Made by a program: the position numbers and the translations under genes
Shown here: piece by piece, positions 51,935 through 61,913 of the stretch
How positions within the stretch are numbered: position 1 is the first letter of the stretch
Layout of the letters: each line of letters starts with the position of its first letter
Notes under the pieces: generated by a model
What the model was told of the DNA's origin: nothing
What the model saw: the letters and a program-made list of their open reading frames with translations, nothing else
Database searches by the model: none
Assembly: GCA_002314935.1 (NCBI GenBank)
Contig: DCHW01000013.1
Coordinates: forward strand, 7,247-71,246
Origin: Clostridiales bacterium UBA1742
GTDB taxonomy: Bacteria > Bacillota > Clostridia > TANB77 > CAG-508
Length of the DNA: 64,000 nt
Direction of reading: 5' to 3'

Positions 51935-52489
51935 TTATTCCTCATTTCCAAACTTCAAATTATATCTCTCTATACTCTTTTGTATTATTTCTTCTGCCGC
52001 TTCTCTTCCCATAACCTTTTCAACAGCAGTATGTTTGTCTTCTAATTGTTTATATACTCCAAAAAAATGCATTATTTCTGATGATATATGATCAGGCAAT
52101 TCAGAAATATCTTTATAAGCATTCATAAATGGATCTTTTTTGGCTATTGCAATAATTTTTTCATCATTAGCATCTGAATCTATCATATTTACTACACCAA
52201 TTGGGTAACATTCAACCAATGTCATTGGTGTTATATCTTCATGACAAATAACCAAAACATCTAATGGATCATTATCTTCTGCATATGTTTTGGGAATAAA
52301 ACCGTAATTTGCTGGATAATGTGTTGCTGTATATAAAACCCTATCTAATCTTAATAATCCCGTTTCCTTATCTAGCTCATATTTGTTTTTTCCACCTTTG
52401 CTTATTTCTATAACCGAAACAAAATCATCTTTTTTTATTCTATTTGAATTAATATCATGCCATATATTCATTTTATTATTTCCTTTCAT
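51935..52489 (-). CDS. ppa: Inorganic diphosphatase (family I)
   Basis: YPANYGFIP.T..EDNDPLDVLV motif. The start may instead be the MNIWHD ATG at 52471. Confidence 0.9.
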   Translation of the reverse strand: MKGNNKMNIWHDINSNRIKKDDFVSVIEISKGGKNKYELDKETGLLRLDRVLYTATHYPANYGFIPKTYAEDNDPLDVLVICHEDITPMTLVECYPIGVVNMIDSDANDEKIIAIAKKDPFMNAYKDISELPDHISSEIMHFFGVYKQLEDKHTAVEKVMGREAAEEIIQKSIERYNLKFGNEE

Positions 52490-52600
52490 ATTAATTTATA
52501 TTTTATATTTTAATGTATTTTGAATAAATTGTCTATAATTTTTAAAAAAAGATTGACAAATCAAGAAAAATTATTTAAAATAGATATTGTCACTATTGAT

Positions 52601-52678
52601 GGTGGATGTAGCGTAGCTGGTTAACGCGCCAGTTTGTGGCACTGGAGACCGTGGGTTCGAGTCCCATCTTCCACCCCA
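52601..52678 (+). tRNA. tRNA-His (GTG), with G-1 and an encoded CCA
   Basis: Anticodon loop TTGTGGC, T-loop GGTTCGAGTCC, and an extra 5' G opposite the discriminator C. Confidence 0.85.
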
Positions 52679-52725
52679 GCATATATTTTTGCAGGGGCAA
52701 AGTGATACCTATTAAAATTAAATAT

Positions 52726-52801
52726 TGGGGTGTAGCCAAGTGGTAAGGCACCAGACTTTGACTCTGGCATTTCGGCGGTTCGAGTCCTCCCACCCCAGCC
52801 A
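52726..52801 (+). tRNA. tRNA-Gln (TTG)
   Basis: Acceptor TGGGGTG/CACCCCA, anticodon loop CTTTGAC, T-loop GGTTCGAGTCC. Confidence 0.85.
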
Positions 52802-52845
52802 AAATAAAAATCCAATCTTTTGATTGGATTTTTATTTTTTAATTT

Positions 52846-53523
52846 TTATTCAACTCTTGCCTGCACTATTGTTCTTGCATTACTGTCATCAGTACATGTT
52901 GTTAATGTTATTTCTATTGCTCCATTTGTATTTCTATCATAAAAACTTGTATCTTCTGTTGTAGTTTCAAATACACTATATATTGTATATGTTAATTCTG
53001 TCAAAGATGTATCTTTAATTTTTATTGTATCACCTACAGATAATTTTTTTACATTTGAAAAGAATTTCCCATTTCTATAATTATGTCCAGCAATAACAAC
53101 ATTTCCTGGTTGATTTAATCCATCACTATTCATATAACGTATTGCAACAGAAGATTCTAATGCGGCAGGTGTTTCTTTATCTAATATTTCCATATTACTT
53201 ATACTTATTTTTGGAATCGTTATATAAGCAGCTACAATAAATCCATCTTTGTTGATTGTCTTTTTTATACTTCCAGATGATCCAGTCGTTGTATTTTCAC
53301 TATATGTGATATTTTCCAATTCACTTTTTGTTGTTGTATTTTCCTCCGTTTTATTAGCATTACTTTCAAACTCTTCATAAGTTTTTGCTTCTATTGCTCT
53401 ATCTTCATTACCTTTTATTACTGTATAACATCCATATCCTATTAAGCCAATAATTGCTACAATTGTAATTATAAGAATTACAGTTAAAAAATTTCCATAT
53501 TTACTTTTACCCATAATTTTCAC
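52846..53523 (-). CDS. Sortase family transpeptidase
   Basis: N-terminal TM segment, HN..NG motif, and the TLTTC catalytic Cys motif. Confidence 0.8.
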   Translation of the reverse strand: MKIMGKSKYGNFLTVILIITIVAIIGLIGYGCYTVIKGNEDRAIEAKTYEEFESNANKTEENTTTKSELENITYSENTTTGSSGSIKKTINKDGFIVAAYITIPKISISNMEILDKETPAALESSVAIRYMNSDGLNQPGNVVIAGHNYRNGKFFSNVKKLSVGDTIKIKDTSLTELTYTIYSVFETTTEDTSFYDRNTNGAIEITLTTCTDDSNARTIVQARVE

Positions 53524-53566
53524 CTCAACTTATATATACTATAATTATATCACATTTTTACATATA

Positions 53567-53911
53567 TTAACTAATTTTTGTTCCTAATTTTTTTCCACCT
53601 AGTATATGAAAATGCAAATGTTTTACTTCTTGTCCCCCATCTTCGCCACAGTTTACTACAACTCTAAATCCTGTTTTATCTATTTCTTCTTCTTTGACAA
53701 GTGTATTAATAACAGTATAAATTCTACCAATTAACTGTTCATCTTCTGGTAACAATTCGTTTAATGAATTTATATGTTTTTTTGGAACAACCAAAATATG
53801 TACTGGAGCAACTGGGTTTACATCTCTAAATGCTATTATATCATTACTTTCATATACTATATTTGAAGGTATTTCTTTTTTTATTATTTTACAAAATATA
53901 CAATCTTCCAT
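53567..53911 (-). CDS. HIT family (histidine triad) protein
   Basis: CIFCKI and HLHFHILGG motifs. Confidence 0.92.
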   Translation of the reverse strand: MEDCIFCKIIKKEIPSNIVYESNDIIAFRDVNPVAPVHILVVPKKHINSLNELLPEDEQLIGRIYTVINTLVKEEEIDKTGFRVVVNCGEDGGQEVKHLHFHILGGKKLGTKIS

Positions 53912-53924
53912 TATTTTATTCTCC

Positions 53925-55694
53925 TTATTCTAAAATAGCTTTTATACGTCTTACTCCTGCTGATGATGATTCTTCTTTTTTTATTTTAAAGTGACCAAGC
54001 TCACTTGTATTTTTTACATGAGGTCCTCCACACAATTCAAGTGAAACATCTCCAATTTTATATACAGAAACTATTTCTCCGTATTTCTCTATAAACATCG
54101 CCTCTGCTCCCAAAGCTATAGCTTCCTCTTTTTTCATTTCCATTCTTTCTACTGGTATTGCCATATCTATATATTTATTAACAAGTTCTTCAGCTTTTTG
54201 TTTTTGTTCATCAGTCATTTTTTCTGGATGAGAAAAATCAAATCGCATTCTTTCTGCTGTAATATTGCTTCCTTTTTGATGAACATGTGAACCTAATACT
54301 TGTTTTAATGCAGCATTTAAAAGATGTGTTGCTGTATGATATTTAGTTTCCATTTCACCTGTTGAAGCAAGTCCTCCTTTAAATTTTGCTTCTGAACCAG
54401 CTCTTGATTTTTCTTGATGTTCTTTGAATTTTTCTTTAAATCCTTCAGTATCTACTTTTAACCCTTGTTCTTTTGCTAATTCTTCTGTAAGTTCAATCGG
54501 AAATCCAAATGTATCATACAATCTAAATGCTATATCTTTATTAATTTTATCTCCATCTATATTTTTAATAACTTTTTCAAATTCTTTTAAACCTTTTTCT
54601 AAAGTTCTATTAAATTTTATTTTTTCATTTTTTAAGGTTTCTAAAATATCGTTTTGATTTTTTTCTAATTCATTATAATATTTAGAATATTCATTTATTA
54701 TTAATACAGCTAATTCTTGTTCCCAATTGCTATTAATGTCAATATTTAATTTTTTAGCATATCTTATCATTCTTCTAATTAATCTTCTTAAAATATACCC
54801 CTGATCTGTATTAGAAGGTTTAATTCCAGCATTGTCTCCAGATATAATAACAATTGCTCTTATATGGTCAGCAATAATTCTCATACTTTTTGTGTATTCC
54901 GAATTATCATATTCTAATCCAGATATTTCCTCTATTTTTGAAATAACATCTTTCCATATAGAAGATTTATAATTGTCTGTGTATCCTTCTAAAATTGCTG
55001 TTACTCTTTCAATTCCTAATCCCGTATCTACATTTTTATTTTTTAAAGGAGTAAAAGTCTCATTTTCTTCATGATTATATTGCATAAATACATTATTCCA
55101 AATTTCAACCCATGTTTCATCTTCTGGATCAAATACTTCTGGAACAGTTTCTTCACTTCTCCAATAAAAAATCTCTGTATCAGGTCCACAAGGTCCAAGT
55201 AGTTCCATATTAGGCCACCAATTATTTTCTTCTCCTAAAAACGCTATCCTTTTTTCTGATATTCCAAGACTTTTCCATATTTCTGCTGACTCATTATCAG
55301 CTGGAACTATTTTATTTCCTTTAAAAACAGTTACAGCCAATTTTTCTACTGGAATATTTAATTTTTTAGTAAGTAATTCAAAACTCCATGTTATTGATTC
55401 CTTTTTAAAATAATCACCTAATGACCAATTTCCAAGCATTTCAAAGAATGTATGGTGTGTAGTATCTCCTATTGAATCCAAATCATTTGTTCTAAAACAT
55501 TTTTGAACATCTACAAGTCTACTTCCTTCTGGATGTGGTTGTCCCTTTAAATATGGAACTAACGGCTGCATTCCGGCTGTATTAAACAAACATGTAGGAT
55601 CATTTTCTGGAATAATTGGAGCACTCGGAATTATTTTATGTCCTTTTTCTTCAAAAAATTTTAAAAATATATCTTTTAATTTTATTATATTCAT
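53925..55694 (-). CDS. alaS: Alanine--tRNA ligase, short form (589 aa, no C-Ala/DHHA1 tail)
   Basis: Start at MNIIKLKD with RBS GGAGG. NTAGMQP and HHTFFEMLGNWS motifs. Ends after the editing domain at ...SSSAGVRRIKAILE. Confidence 0.85.
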   Translation of the reverse strand: MNIIKLKDIFLKFFEEKGHKIIPSAPIIPENDPTCLFNTAGMQPLVPYLKGQPHPEGSRLVDVQKCFRTNDLDSIGDTTHHTFFEMLGNWSLGDYFKKESITWSFELLTKKLNIPVEKLAVTVFKGNKIVPADNESAEIWKSLGISEKRIAFLGEENNWWPNMELLGPCGPDTEIFYWRSEETVPEVFDPEDETWVEIWNNVFMQYNHEENETFTPLKNKNVDTGLGIERVTAILEGYTDNYKSSIWKDVISKIEEISGLEYDNSEYTKSMRIIADHIRAIVIISGDNAGIKPSNTDQGYILRRLIRRMIRYAKKLNIDINSNWEQELAVLIINEYSKYYNELEKNQNDILETLKNEKIKFNRTLEKGLKEFEKVIKNIDGDKINKDIAFRLYDTFGFPIELTEELAKEQGLKVDTEGFKEKFKEHQEKSRAGSEAKFKGGLASTGEMETKYHTATHLLNAALKQVLGSHVHQKGSNITAERMRFDFSHPEKMTDEQKQKAEELVNKYIDMAIPVERMEMKKEEAIALGAEAMFIEKYGEIVSVYKIGDVSLELCGGPHVKNTSELGHFKIKKEESSSAGVRRIKAILE

Positions 55695-55855
55695 TAATAA
55701 TCCTCCTAAAACAATTACCATATAATTATATAAATTTTTATGAATAAATACAAGAGGTTTTTCGTTATTTATATTTTTGTCAAATTTATGAATAAAAACT
55801 CTTTTGAAACAAATAATAAATTTACAAAACATAAATTGTATAAGGAGGTATTATT

Positions 55856-56410
55856 TTGAAAGCAACAGGAGTAGTTAGAAGAATAGATGATTTAGGAAGA
55901 ATTGTTATTCCTAAAGAAATAAGAAAAACACTAAGAATTAAAGAAGGTGATCCTTTAGAAATTTTTACAGATACAGATGGTAAGGTGATTTTAAAAAAAT
56001 ATTCACCTATTGGTGAATTATCCGAATTTGCCACAGGTTATGCAGAAACATTATCTAAAACTACAGGTCATATTGCATATATAACTGATAAAGACTCTGT
56101 AATTGCTATATCTGGGGGGTCAAAAAAAGAGTTTTTAGATCAATCTTTAAGCAAAGAATTAGAAAAAGTAATGGATAATAAAGTTGTTTATACAAGCAAA
56201 GAAAATAACGAAGTTTCTTTACCTATTACTCAAAATGATAATAATTCTAGAAAGTATAATTCACAGGTAATTTACCCTATTATTGCCGATGGAGATGTAA
56301 TAGGAAGTGTTATTTTACTTTCTAAAGAACCAAAGACTAAAATGGGCGAAACAGAGTTAAAAGTTGTTCAATCAGCTGCTGGATTTTTAAGTAAACAAAT
56401 GGAAATTTAG
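55856..56410 (+). CDS. spoVT: Stage V sporulation protein T (AbrB-type N-terminal domain plus GAF-like C-terminal domain); TTG start
   Basis: MKATGVVRRIDDLGRIVIPKEIRKTLRIKEGDPLEIF; 184 aa; RBS AGGAGG. Confidence 0.9.
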   Translation: MKATGVVRRIDDLGRIVIPKEIRKTLRIKEGDPLEIFTDTDGKVILKKYSPIGELSEFATGYAETLSKTTGHIAYITDKDSVIAISGGSKKEFLDQSLSKELEKVMDNKVVYTSKENNEVSLPITQNDNNSRKYNSQVIYPIIADGDVIGSVILLSKEPKTKMGETELKVVQSAAGFLSKQMEI

Positions 56411-56488
56411 AAACTTAATCATTTAGTATTGACCTATTATTTTCAAAGTTATAAAATATATAATATATTGAAATTTTAGGAGATACAA

Positions 56489-57433
56489 ATGAAAGAAGAA
56501 TTTGATTTTTATAGTAAAACATGTTTAAAATCTTACAATTTAAACGAAACCATGAGATATCAATTAGGTTTATTAGATACTCTTGATGCATTTACTAGAG
56601 TTCATTCAGAAAATGTTGCTAATATAACTTGTAGACTATGTGAAATATTAAAGTTAAATAAAACATTTACAGTTTATTGTACTATGTGTGCATATTTACA
56701 TGATATAGGAAAACTTTTTGTTCCCCCTGAGATTTTACAAAAAAACGGTTCATTAACTGATGAAGAATACACTGTTATAAAAAACCATACAACAAATGGT
56801 TATAAAATGTGTATGGAAGATGAAAAATTAAAACCATATGCTAATGGAGCTTTATATCATCACGAGGCATTAAATGGAACTGGATATCCAAATGGAGTTA
56901 CTAAAAAAGATATACCAATGGAAGGACAAATTATTAGAGTTGCTGACGAATTTGACGCTATTGTTAGTAAAAGACAATATAAATCACATATAGGCATAAC
57001 TGATACTCTAAAATTATTAATAAAAGAAACAGAACCTTCTACTAGTATTCCAAAATCTGTAGCTTTAAAAAGTATGGAAGAAAACGTTGTTCTTGGCAAA
57101 ATAAATTCTAAAATTGTAAGAGCACTTTGTAAGGTTGTTGTAGATGATATAAATTATGAAATTAGCTGTGTTATGGAATATTCTAAATATTTACAAACAC
57201 AAATTGAACGTTTAGAATATATTAATAAATTAAATATTAAAATGCAAAAAACAAAAAAACAAAACAAAGTAGATTATTATAAAGCTTCTATAAATTTAAT
57301 GTTCCAAGGTGGAGAAGATTTTAGAAACTATAAATATGTTTTAGAAGAATATCGAACTGCAAAATTACAGCGAACAGAAATTATTAATAATTTATTTTCA
57401 GAAATTAAAGAAATAAAAAAATTGAGAGTTTAA
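56489..57433 (+). CDS. HD-GYP-type HD domain phosphohydrolase
   Basis: H..NVA, LHDIGK and HHEALNGTGYPNG motifs. Confidence 0.8.
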   Translation: MKEEFDFYSKTCLKSYNLNETMRYQLGLLDTLDAFTRVHSENVANITCRLCEILKLNKTFTVYCTMCAYLHDIGKLFVPPEILQKNGSLTDEEYTVIKNHTTNGYKMCMEDEKLKPYANGALYHHEALNGTGYPNGVTKKDIPMEGQIIRVADEFDAIVSKRQYKSHIGITDTLKLLIKETEPSTSIPKSVALKSMEENVVLGKINSKIVRALCKVVVDDINYEISCVMEYSKYLQTQIERLEYINKLNIKMQKTKKQNKVDYYKASINLMFQGGEDFRNYKYVLEEYRTAKLQRTEIINNLFSEIKEIKKLRV

Positions 57434-58626
57434 TTCTCAATTTTTTTATTTACTAACTCTTGATATTCTATGGATAAATTTCTAAGCTTATTTACAGATT
57501 CTATTAGACAATTAACTAAATAATCAATATCTTCTTTAGTATTTTCTTCACCTAATGAAATTCTAAGTGAACTATTAGCTAATTCGTATGGAACTCCAAT
57601 TGCCATTAATACATGTGATGGTTCTGAAGATTGAGAATTACAAGCTGATCCACTCGAAGCACAAATCCCATGCGCATCTAAATTTAGCAATAAATCTTCC
57701 CCATCTATAAACTTAAATGCAATATTACAATTTCCTGGTAATCTTTTTGTTCTATGTCCATTAATTTTTATATATGGAATTTTTTGTTCTACACATGAAA
57801 TAAAATATTCCCTTAATTCTATTAGTTTTTTATTATATTTTTCTATATTAGCATTAGAAATTTCAATAGCCTTTCCCATTCCTACAATTCCTGCAACATT
57901 TTCCGTTCCAGCTCTTTTATCTTTTTCTTGATGTCCACCATCTTGTATTTTATTAAATGGTATATCATTTTTTATATATAAAGCTCCTACTCCTTTTGGA
58001 CCATAAAATTTATGTGCAGACAATGATAATGAATCGATATTTAATTTTTTTACATCAATTTTTACATTTCCAAATGCTTGAACACCATCAGTATGAAAAT
58101 AAACATTATGTTTTTTAGCAATGTTTCCGATTTCTTTTATGGGTTGAATTGTTCCAATTTCATTGTTTGCAAACATTATTGATATTAATATTGTATTATC
58201 TGTTATTTCATTTTCCAATTCTCCTAGATTAATTATTCCATCACTATCTACATTTAAATATGTTACTTTAAAGCCTTCTTTTTCTAAAGTTTTACATGTG
58301 TTTAAAATTGCATGATGCTCTATTTTACTAGTTATAATATGATTACCTTTTTTTCTATTTGCATAAGCAATTCCTTTTAATGCAAGATTATCACTTTCAC
58401 TGCCACAGCTTGTAAAATATATTTCATTTACGTTTGCGTTTATAGCATTTGCTATTTTTTCTCTTGATTCCTCTATCGCTTTTTTGTTCTTTCTTCCTAT
58501 ACTGTATAAAGCCGATGGATTACCATATTCTATACTTAAATATGGAATCATTTCTTTTAACACTTCTTCTTTAACTGCTGTTGTAGCAGCATGATCAAAA
58601 TATCTTATTTTATTCATTATTCTCAC
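57430..58626 (-). CDS. nifS: Cysteine desulfurase (NifS/IscS family)
   Basis: SAHKFYGPKG PLP-binding Lys and SSGSAC active-site Cys. Confidence 0.9.
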   Translation of the reverse strand: MRIMNKIRYFDHAATTAVKEEVLKEMIPYLSIEYGNPSALYSIGRKNKKAIEESREKIANAINANVNEIYFTSCGSESDNLALKGIAYANRKKGNHIITSKIEHHAILNTCKTLEKEGFKVTYLNVDSDGIINLGELENEITDNTILISIMFANNEIGTIQPIKEIGNIAKKHNVYFHTDGVQAFGNVKIDVKKLNIDSLSLSAHKFYGPKGVGALYIKNDIPFNKIQDGGHQEKDKRAGTENVAGIVGMGKAIEISNANIEKYNKKLIELREYFISCVEQKIPYIKINGHRTKRLPGNCNIAFKFIDGEDLLLNLDAHGICASSGSACNSQSSEPSHVLMAIGVPYELANSSLRISLGEENTKEDIDYLVNCLIESVNKLRNLSIEYQELVNKKIEN

Positions 58627-58715
58627 CCTACTACTATATATTATGCCAATTTTTTATTAATGTTTTCATATAACAAAAAAGAAGAAAACTTTTTTAGTTT
58701 TCTTCTTTTATTTTT

Positions 58716-59060
58716 TTAGTTTTGTGACCATCTTATCATTTTTATTGATTTATATTTATCTAAAACATCCATATATTTTTGATATTCTTCTTCCCATAAC
58801 ATATCTGGAACTTTATCAAACGCATCAAAAACTTTTTCTGCCTCACTCAAAAATACCAGCTGTTCTTGTGGTGATAATCTTTCATATTTTCTAGCAAATC
58901 TATATAATTTTTCTAACATTTGATTTGCCTCTATAAATCCATAAAAATCCTTAACTTTTATTCCAGCCATTCTAATTTGTAAAACTGCATATGCTATTAA
59001 AAGCAATATAACAAATATTAAAATGTATACAAATACCAATGCATTCATATTTGCAAGCAC
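58716..59060 (-). CDS. Hypothetical single-TM protein
   Basis: 114 aa with an N-terminal TM segment. Confidence 0.4.
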   Translation of the reverse strand: MLANMNALVFVYILIFVILLLIAYAVLQIRMAGIKVKDFYGFIEANQMLEKLYRFARKYERLSPQEQLVFLSEAEKVFDAFDKVPDMLWEEEYQKYMDVLDKYKSIKMIRWSQN

Positions 59061-59135
59061 CTTCTTTTCATAAGTATAAACACATTATAGCATATGCTTC
59101 CAAATTTGGCAATTTTTTTAAAAATTATTTTAATT

Positions 59136-59768
59136 TTATTTAATTTCAATTACTCTATCTGCTATTTTTTCTCCAAATGATATATCATGAGTTACAATTA
59201 TTATTGCTTTACCTTTGTTTGCCAATTCTTTTATAATTTTAAACACTTGTTTAACTAATTTTGGATCAAGAGCACTTGTTGGTTCATCAAAACAAATAAT
59301 TTTAGGATTAACCGCAATTGCTCTTGCAATTGCAACTCTTTGTCTTTCTCCTCCAGAAAGCTCATATGGATATGAGAGTTCTTTATCTTCTAATTTAAGC
59401 TCTTCTAACAATTCTTTTGCTATTATAACCGCTTCTTTCTTTTTGATTTTTTTTGCAACAACAAGTGGCAATATAATGTTTTGTATTACTGTATATTGTG
59501 GAAACAAATTATAATCTTGAAAAATTAATCCAGACTCTAATTTTAAATCTTTTTGCATTTTTCTTTTTAAACATCTATTACAAATTATGATTTCTCCACT
59601 GTCGATTTTTTCTAAGCCATTAATACATCTTAACAATGTTGATTTTCCAATTCCAGACTGTCCAATTATTGCAACAATTTCTCCCTCATCTATTTTTAGC
59701 GAAAAATTCTTTAAAACAGGCTTTCCTTTAAAACTTTTATTTAATTTATTTATCTCTAAAACGCTCAT
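59136..59768 (-). CDS. Amino-acid ABC transporter ATP-binding protein
   Basis: GQSGIGKST, LSGGERQR and FDEPTSALD motifs. Confidence 0.9.
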   Translation of the reverse strand: MSVLEINKLNKSFKGKPVLKNFSLKIDEGEIVAIIGQSGIGKSTLLRCINGLEKIDSGEIIICNRCLKRKMQKDLKLESGLIFQDYNLFPQYTVIQNIILPLVVAKKIKKKEAVIIAKELLEELKLEDKELSYPYELSGGERQRVAIARAIAVNPKIICFDEPTSALDPKLVKQVFKIIKELANKGKAIIIVTHDISFGEKIADRVIEIK

Positions 59769-59776
59769 ATTCTCAC

Positions 59777-60427
59777 CTACTTATAATAATCCAATTTCTT
59801 TTCCACTTTTTTAAATCCAATAGTTAATATTGTACTTATAATTAAATATATTCCACCAGCCAATAGTAATGGTATTATTGAAAATTTGTAATTTGCTTGT
59901 TTTTGAGCTAGTGAAAACAATTCAGTAACGCCAACCACTTGAGCTAATGATGTATCCCTAACTAATGTTATAATTTCGTTAGAAATTGCAGGCAATATTT
60001 TCTTTACAGCTTGCGGAAATATAATTATAAAAAATGTTTGCACTTTATTAAATTCTAAAGTATATGCAACTTCCCATTGACCTTTATCAATACTTTCAAT
60101 TCCACCTCTAAATATTTCTCCAAAGTAAGCAGCATAATTTAATGAAAATGCAATTATAACAGCAATAAATCTATTATAGGTAAATCCTAAAATATAATAT
60201 GGAGCAAAATAAACACATATTATTTGTAATAACAAAGGAGTTCCTCTCATAACCAAAATATAAATATTTGTTATTTCTTTTATTAAAACACTTTTACTTC
60301 TTGCTAATATTGAAACAATTATTCCCAAAGGTATTGAAAAAATTATTGTCAATCCAAATATTTCAAGTGAAGTTTTTAATCCATTAATTAAAATTTTAAA
60401 TAAATTTATAAAATACTCTAAATCCAT
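59777..60427 (-). CDS. Amino-acid ABC transporter permease (HisM/GlnP family)
   Basis: 216 aa with 5 TM segments and an EAA-like loop. Confidence 0.85.
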   Translation of the reverse strand: MDLEYFINLFKILINGLKTSLEIFGLTIIFSIPLGIIVSILARSKSVLIKEITNIYILVMRGTPLLLQIICVYFAPYYILGFTYNRFIAVIIAFSLNYAAYFGEIFRGGIESIDKGQWEVAYTLEFNKVQTFFIIIFPQAVKKILPAISNEIITLVRDTSLAQVVGVTELFSLAQKQANYKFSIIPLLLAGGIYLIISTILTIGFKKVEKKLDYYK

Positions 60428-60442
60428 ACTTTTATTTTGTTA

Positions 60443-61243
60443 CTATTTTATTGTAGTAACATCCTTTCCAAACCATCTTTCAGAAATTTCTGCTAAACTT
60501 CCATCATTCTTCATTTCACTTAAAATATTATTTACTTTATTGCATAATTCTGTATCCTGTTTTCTAAAACCAATTACATATTCTTCTGCTTCTAAATTTG
60601 TATAAATTACCTTGTAATTTTTATTATTACTTGCTATATAATAATTTGCTAAAACCTCATCTACAAAAACTGCATCAGTTTGATTTGCTTCCATATCCAT
60701 AAATGCAGTCATGTTATCCGCATATGAAATAATTTCTTTTAACTCTCCATATATTTCTGTTTCAGCTAGTAATTCTTCTGCACTTGAACCTGATTGAACT
60801 CCTATTTTTTTACCTTTTAAATCTTCAACACTTTCATATACTGTTTCATTTTTTACTACAAAAATCATACTATTTTTCATATAAGAATCTGATAAAGTCA
60901 TCGTTTTTTCTCTTTCATCAGTTTTTGACATTCCATTCCATATACAATCAATATTTCCTGAATTTAATTCTTGTTCTTTTGCATCCCATGAAATTGGTTG
61001 AAGTTTAAGCTCCACATCCATTCTTTTGCATACTTCTTTTGCAACATCAATATCAAAACCTACAATTTCATTTGTATCGTCCCTATAGCCCATTGGTGGG
61101 AAGCTATCATCTAAACCTAGTACAAAATATTCCTTTTCTATCATTGTTTCCTTCAAATTTTTATCTTTAATTTTTAATCCTAAAATTACTCCTAATATAA
61201 TTATTATAAATATTATTAAAATTGTTATTATTTTATTTTTCAT
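60443..61243 (-). CDS. Amino-acid ABC transporter substrate-binding protein (family 3)
   Basis: GFDIDVAKE and WNGMS motifs, with an N-terminal TM anchor. Confidence 0.85.
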   Translation of the reverse strand: MKNKIITILIIFIIIILGVILGLKIKDKNLKETMIEKEYFVLGLDDSFPPMGYRDDTNEIVGFDIDVAKEVCKRMDVELKLQPISWDAKEQELNSGNIDCIWNGMSKTDEREKTMTLSDSYMKNSMIFVVKNETVYESVEDLKGKKIGVQSGSSAEELLAETEIYGELKEIISYADNMTAFMDMEANQTDAVFVDEVLANYYIASNNKNYKVIYTNLEAEEYVIGFRKQDTELCNKVNNILSEMKNDGSLAEISERWFGKDVTTIK

Positions 61244-61566
61244 AACAAATTCCTCCTTAAATTAATTTTTTGAAGTTAGATTATAAATTATAAATATTAC
61301 AAACAAAAAAACTATACAACAAAAAAACTATTTGTAAAAATTTTTATTTCCCTACAAATAGTTTTTTATTATATAGTTTTCCAAAACATTTTTAAACTAT
61401 CGTAGGCACAGTTCTTTTTGCCTGTACCTACGCAACAATTACTATGCGATAGTTACAAGCTCCTACGATGATGATGTAATTCGTTTAAAAATATTCTTAA
61501 ATTCATAATCTTAACCTCTTTTTTATTATATGTAAAATATAGTAACATAGTTTTACTTTTTTGTCA

Positions 61567-61581
61567 AATTATATTTTAAAT
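61567..61581. repeat. 15-bp direct repeat flanking composite element copy 2 (left)
   Basis: AATTATATTTTAAAT, identical to 61914-61928. Confidence 0.7.
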
Positions 61582-61638
61582 AATTTGTAGTAAATTGATA
61601 ATATCACCTTAGAACTTCCTAAGCAAATATTTCACCTT

Positions 61639-61661
61639 GTAGGGGCGATTTTAATCGCCCG
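61639..61661 (-). repeat. REP-like element, copy 6 (inverted orientation)
   Basis: GTAGGGGCGATTTTAATCGCCCG. Confidence 0.85.
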
Positions 61662-61747
61662 TCAAAGATAAATACATCTAATAAAAATTTGTAATTAATG
61701 TTATATAAATCATAAAAATAAATATAAAATTTAATAAAATGTTTTAT

Positions 61748-61770
61748 CGGGCGATTAAAATCGCCCCTAC
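61748..61770 (+). repeat. REP-like element, copy 7
   Basis: CGGGCGATTAAAATCGCCCCTAC. Confidence 0.85.
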
Positions 61771-61913
61771 ATCTTTTAATATTAATCTATTAAATAAAAA
61801 TTAAATCTTGAGCCTGCCTCCGTGGCGAGCAAATAAACTCAAGATTACATATGAGTGAAATTTTGCTAATAAAATAACGCAATTTTAAAGTGAAATTTTC
61901 AAAAATTATTGAC

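Larger units (their letters stand above)
61587..61913. mobile_element. Composite REP element, copy 2 (RAYT-less, MITE/REPIN-like)
   Basis: Left arm 61587-61638 and right arm 61771-61913 match copy 1. The inverted REP pair is separated by 86 bp. Inserted right after the clpC stop. Confidence 0.7.

Noticed and set aside
52593-52815. Two minus-strand ORFs (69 and 64 aa).
   Set aside because: They are translations across the tRNA-His and tRNA-Gln genes on the opposite strand.
55695-55855. A T-box leader upstream of alaS or gltX.
   Set aside because: The alaS leader is only about 160 nt and lacks the AGAGA/specifier/T-box (GGUGGUACC) elements. gltX overlaps the upstream kinase gene, so it has no leader.
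14338-61770. Could the GGGCGATTAAAATCGCCCCTAC repeats be a CRISPR array?
   Set aside because: The copies are dispersed over 47 kb and occur in both orientations. They are not regularly spaced with unique spacers, and no cas genes are present.
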